Shown here: positions 60,318-64,000 of the stretch, in pieces | How positions within the stretch are numbered: position 1 is the first letter of the stretch | Layout of the letters: the number at the start of each line of letters is the position of its first letter | Assembly (NCBI GenBank): GCA_030141605.1 | Contig: JAQGDQ010000137.1 | Coordinates: forward strand, 372,001-436,000 | Origin: Tubiluchus corallicola | Taxonomy: Eukaryota; Animalia; Priapulida | Length of the DNA: 64,000 nucleotides | Direction: 5' to 3' | Position numbers and translations under genes: made by a program | Notes under the pieces: generated by a model | Databases searched by the model: none | Told to the model about the DNA's origin: nothing | What the model saw: the letters and a program-made list of their open reading frames with translations, nothing else

Positions 60318-60330
60318 AACACACACATGC
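60244..60330. repeat. (CA)n compound microsatellite
   Basis: Directly visible. Confidence 0.95.
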
Positions 60331-61346
60331 GCACGAACAAACACAATTTCATACATTTGTTTATCACAGTTATTTTAAATACATATATACTTTTATTATG
60401 TTTTAATTGATTGTGCAAGCCATTCAACAAATTTGGGCCACATGAAGAAACACACATTTTCCTCAAAGTTGTTCTCACTATAACTAATTTAAAATTAACA
60501 AACTGCCGTGTACTTTTTTAGGATTAGTTTTATAAACAACAGTCTTTGCAGCTTCTGTGGTTGTGCTTTGAATATAATCAACGCTGTTCTCATATCTAAT
60601 AAATCTTTTAGCCTCAGTATCTTAAATTTTGAAACACTACATTAGTGTGATGCCTGTGATCGTGATGCCGAGCTTTACAAGTAATTCTAGCAGTTTTTTT
60701 CTGTACGCTACGTCTATTAGCCGTCTATGGGCAGACTACGTGTGAGAAGCCACTCTAGCTGGGAGGAGTCAGTCACAACTTCCTGTAAGATATCTTCCAT
60801 ACTTTTTCGTAAGGTACGCTTAAACGTGCACGAATCCTGACACTAGAGTAGTAAGCGTGGAAGATGGCGACGCTGTCGCTGACGCAGTAACAGCAGAGTT
60901 ATTGCATCCTCATTTCGTAAATTCATCCACATCTGACCTTTTCGTCAAGGTGACCATTTCAGGGATTTTCGAGACTATTTTATCTCTACTGATTCATGCA
61001 GTCAAAGAAATTCAACTGAAGCTCAAACAAAGTGAGTCGGTGTTGTGTGCGAATTTTATTTTCTGTAGTCATAATTGGCGAAAGAAAATTTTCAGCTTTA
61101 CAGCATTTTTCTTCATCACTTGTCTCTTTGTGTTGTGGTTAATGAATTTATGCATTATGGATCTAGGTTCCATGCTTTCTTTATCGCAAAAAGATTTACA
61201 ACACACTCGATGTGACCAGTTAAAGTTAATACAGAGGCGTGACAGATTCTATTTTTAGCTGTCCTTTTTATTTCATCGCAGGTGTTATCGTTTGTGACCA
61301 TTAAGTCTAACACAATTTTCGTAACCGCAAAAAAGCCAAAATACCC

Positions 61347-61582
61347 TTTAAGTCTCAAAAAAATCTTCGTGACCTTTCGCCTTCACGGACTTCATCAGCT
61401 GAAATAACTTGATATAGCCTAGAACTTGAAAGAATTTGGTATATCCTTGATCTTGAAAGATACTGAGCCTTGAAAGATCATTCAAGATCTAGGCTACATC
61501 AAGTTATCTCTGCAGATGTAGTCCGTGAGAGAAGAAAGGTTCTGGAGGAAAAAATAAAATAAAGAACTTTTTGAGACTTAAA
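61347..61582. mobile_element. TTAA-flanked hairpin (foldback) MITE
   Basis: tttaagtctcaaaaa/tttttgagacttaaa ends and inner arms tcacggacttcatc..ataacttgatatagcctagaacttgaa / ttcaagatctaggctacatcaagttat..gatgtagtccgtga. Confidence 0.82.
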
Positions 61583-62579
61583 AGACCTATTGACGGTTAT
61601 AGCAAAATCTGTCATACGAGATCGTTTCGCACATGGGGTGCGCTTGGCTATGATCAACACCTAACCCAGTCAGCAAAAGGATAGGTGTTTGCTGGAAAAA
61701 AATCTTCTGACTTCGGGACAGTTTCATCTCATATGCTGCCCCTGACAGTCTCCTCTCCTGGGAAGACATATGAACGCACGTCTGATATCCCTTCGAGTTC
61801 ATTGAAGCCATTATTAAACGTTAGTAGTAGCCCTACAAGTCGGTACTTGATTTCGGCTTGCGATGAGAAAGGTCTTTAAAATTCTGATTTGAAGTTTAAG
61901 GGGCGTCCGAAAATCAAAATTCGAAATCGGAAGTTAATATAAGAATATAATGCAGATATTGATGATCTACTCGTCTCTATTATTTATGAAAAAGGATGAT
62001 GTGTTAACACGGTTTTCACTTTTACTTTTCAATGTTGCACCAAGCTTCGCGTGCCATAATTACGATTACAGAATTAATTTGTATATGGTAAACTTTGAAC
62101 TGACACTTCTTCCTGCTTGCAGACTTGGACTTGTTGCTTAATCATGGACTTGTGTGAAACCGTTTGTTTGTTCTAGAGTTTAACACACTTTTACGTAGCC
62201 TTGATATTATGTGCCTTATTACTCCGTAATCTCTTAAGTAGGTCTAGGAAGTTTCCTCTCAATTTACTATAGCCAATAATAAGTGCTGAGCTGACAATGC
62301 TCCACCAAGACTTATATACTGCAGGGCGTAGGGATTATAACAATTTGATTCTCCTCCAAATATTGTTTTTAGTATGTTGCGTTATAGGCAAATCTTAATG
62401 ACATTTAATATTATTTTAATTTGGTTTGATTAATCTGGTCTCTAAGAGTGTGAAGTTTGTACGTAAAAACTAAATAGTTTGTAAAACTGAAAATGTTATG
62501 TAGCTTAATTAACTTATAGTAAACTATCGTTTAAGCAACGTTCGAATATCATATCATCCTCTCTTTACCGACTATGCAG

Positions 62580-62725
62580 ACGGACTGAATATCTTGACTG
62601 GATATCGCAATGGGCTAAATAAGACAAATCACTCAGACGTTTCCACTGATCACCTTCCGCAAATTTGTCGAATTCACGTCTTCTCTCGTGAATCTCAAAT
62701 AAAAAATGGCAAATCAAAAAAATAA
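62580..62725 (+). CDS. Candidate second coding exon of the PKI-like gene
   Basis: Pyrimidine-rich acceptor ..ctctctttaccgactatgcag; phase-1 compatible open frame (N)GLNILTGYRNGLNKTNHSDVSTDHLPQ..KK*. No recognisable homology, so the true exon may lie elsewhere. Confidence 0.25.
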
Positions 62726-64000
62726 AATAAAATAGAATGATGAATGTAACTACTTCATAATCTTAACGTGAAATTCACGTGTAGAATTTAGAAAATGTCA
62801 TATATCGTAATTTGAACAAACAGCAACAGCACAGGCGGAGTATTCTATCTTCTCTCCTAATACAGTTATGGCGAATCATATGACGTTTACATCTTTTATT
62901 ACATAATGATTCTCCCTTTCAAAACAAAAATAGCTTTTTGTCTTTCCCCATGAAATGGAAAAATCCCACATAGAAATAGTTACATTCTCTGCAAACTGTA
63001 GTGTGACACGCTCATTGTTGCGGAAACACCATGAATTATGAAGTTAAAATGTGTACCGAAGCTAAAAATAACCGGTAATGCAATATCGCACTGAACGTGA
63101 AAGCTCTAAAAATTGACGCACCGCATATTTCACCTGCGTGGCTTCAGTTAATTAGACGTAAAACAAATACAGCACCTAGTGTCGTAAAAATAGAAAGTAG
63201 AACAAGATAAACAATATAAGTCAGAGTGATTGAAGCCTATGTGCAGAAAGAGCTGCACACGCTGCATAAGGAGTCGTTTTTAATTAAAATTGATCCGGCA
63301 TTTTAGCCCTACCAAATTTGGTACAAAATTAGTGTAATAAAGATCATTTCATGCATAACCTAATTAATTTATTAGAGGATTGCGACAGTATACATAATCT
63401 GGCAACAATGACAAGGCAAACAGTTTAGACAACAGGCATGAATTAAGTTGGAATCCGAAAAAGATCGACATACGAATTCAGCAAAAGCAGATTACTATAT
63501 AAATTTGAGTTTCTGAAGCAGTTGGTTTTTACAAGTTTTTATTTTTTTCTGTTATATTGCAACTGTTTTTCCTAAATTGACAACAACACATTATTTATAA
63601 TTGTTTTAACTTATTATTTGCATTTTTAAAAGTACTCTAAATTATAAAAACTAGTTGAATTAGTTCTGTGCTTGAGTGGTTTTGCAATTATAAAAATGCA
63701 TGTGGAAACACGTAGCACTATGGTACAAATTTTGGAATGTGAGGAAATGATAGCCACTATGCTTAAAAGTTATCACAAATGTATATGTTTTTATTATTTT
63801 AATTACTTTAGTACTTCTTATGTAATTTTTCTATCACAAATCAAAATCAAAGTTTTTTTACGAAATAACACAAACGAAACCATTGGCAAAGAGAAGCTAA
63901 CACGTATCGTACAGGTGTCCCTTAGAGCTGCGAATAACGACAGAACTAGGTGTCCTTTACTCAAAATTAAATGTTTTTCTCGTGGTTTTGCCGGCTCTTA

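Noticed and set aside
60857-61258. 133-aa ORF
   Set aside because: GTG start, no recognisable domain, and it runs through a strong splice donor into intron-like sequence.

Overview
AT-rich animal (invertebrate-type) genomic DNA with spliceosomal introns; the organism cannot be named from the sequence. Left third: a class II PI3-kinase gene whose entire 5.06-kb CDS is one exon (7847-12907), followed on the same strand by HYOU1/GRP170 (2 coding exons, ends in DDEL). I see no separate promoter between them, and the promoter at about 6.0-6.3 kb has an ERSE-II/UPRE-like element, so the two genes may share a first exon. 21-29 kb: a transposon cluster (LINE remnant, putative solo LTRs, a hAT deletion derivative with perfect TIR/TSD, a two-ORF Harbinger relic). 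30-37 kb: a convergent pair of small PPxY plus Cys-rich membrane proteins (an unassigned 136-aa protein and a 3-exon LITAF-family gene only partly in the ORF track). 40-48.6 kb: four copies of an intronless, membrane-tailed S1 serine protease, each damaged differently (1-bp deletion; truncation plus LTR insertion; Trp-to-amber stop; inverted 5' fragment). 58.4 kb: an exon of a PKI-like (PKA inhibitor) microprotein absent from the ORF track, next to an inverted pair of tRNA-derived SINEs. Many MITEs and microsatellites are present, and most short ORFs in the track are noise. All calls were made by eye, with no database searches.
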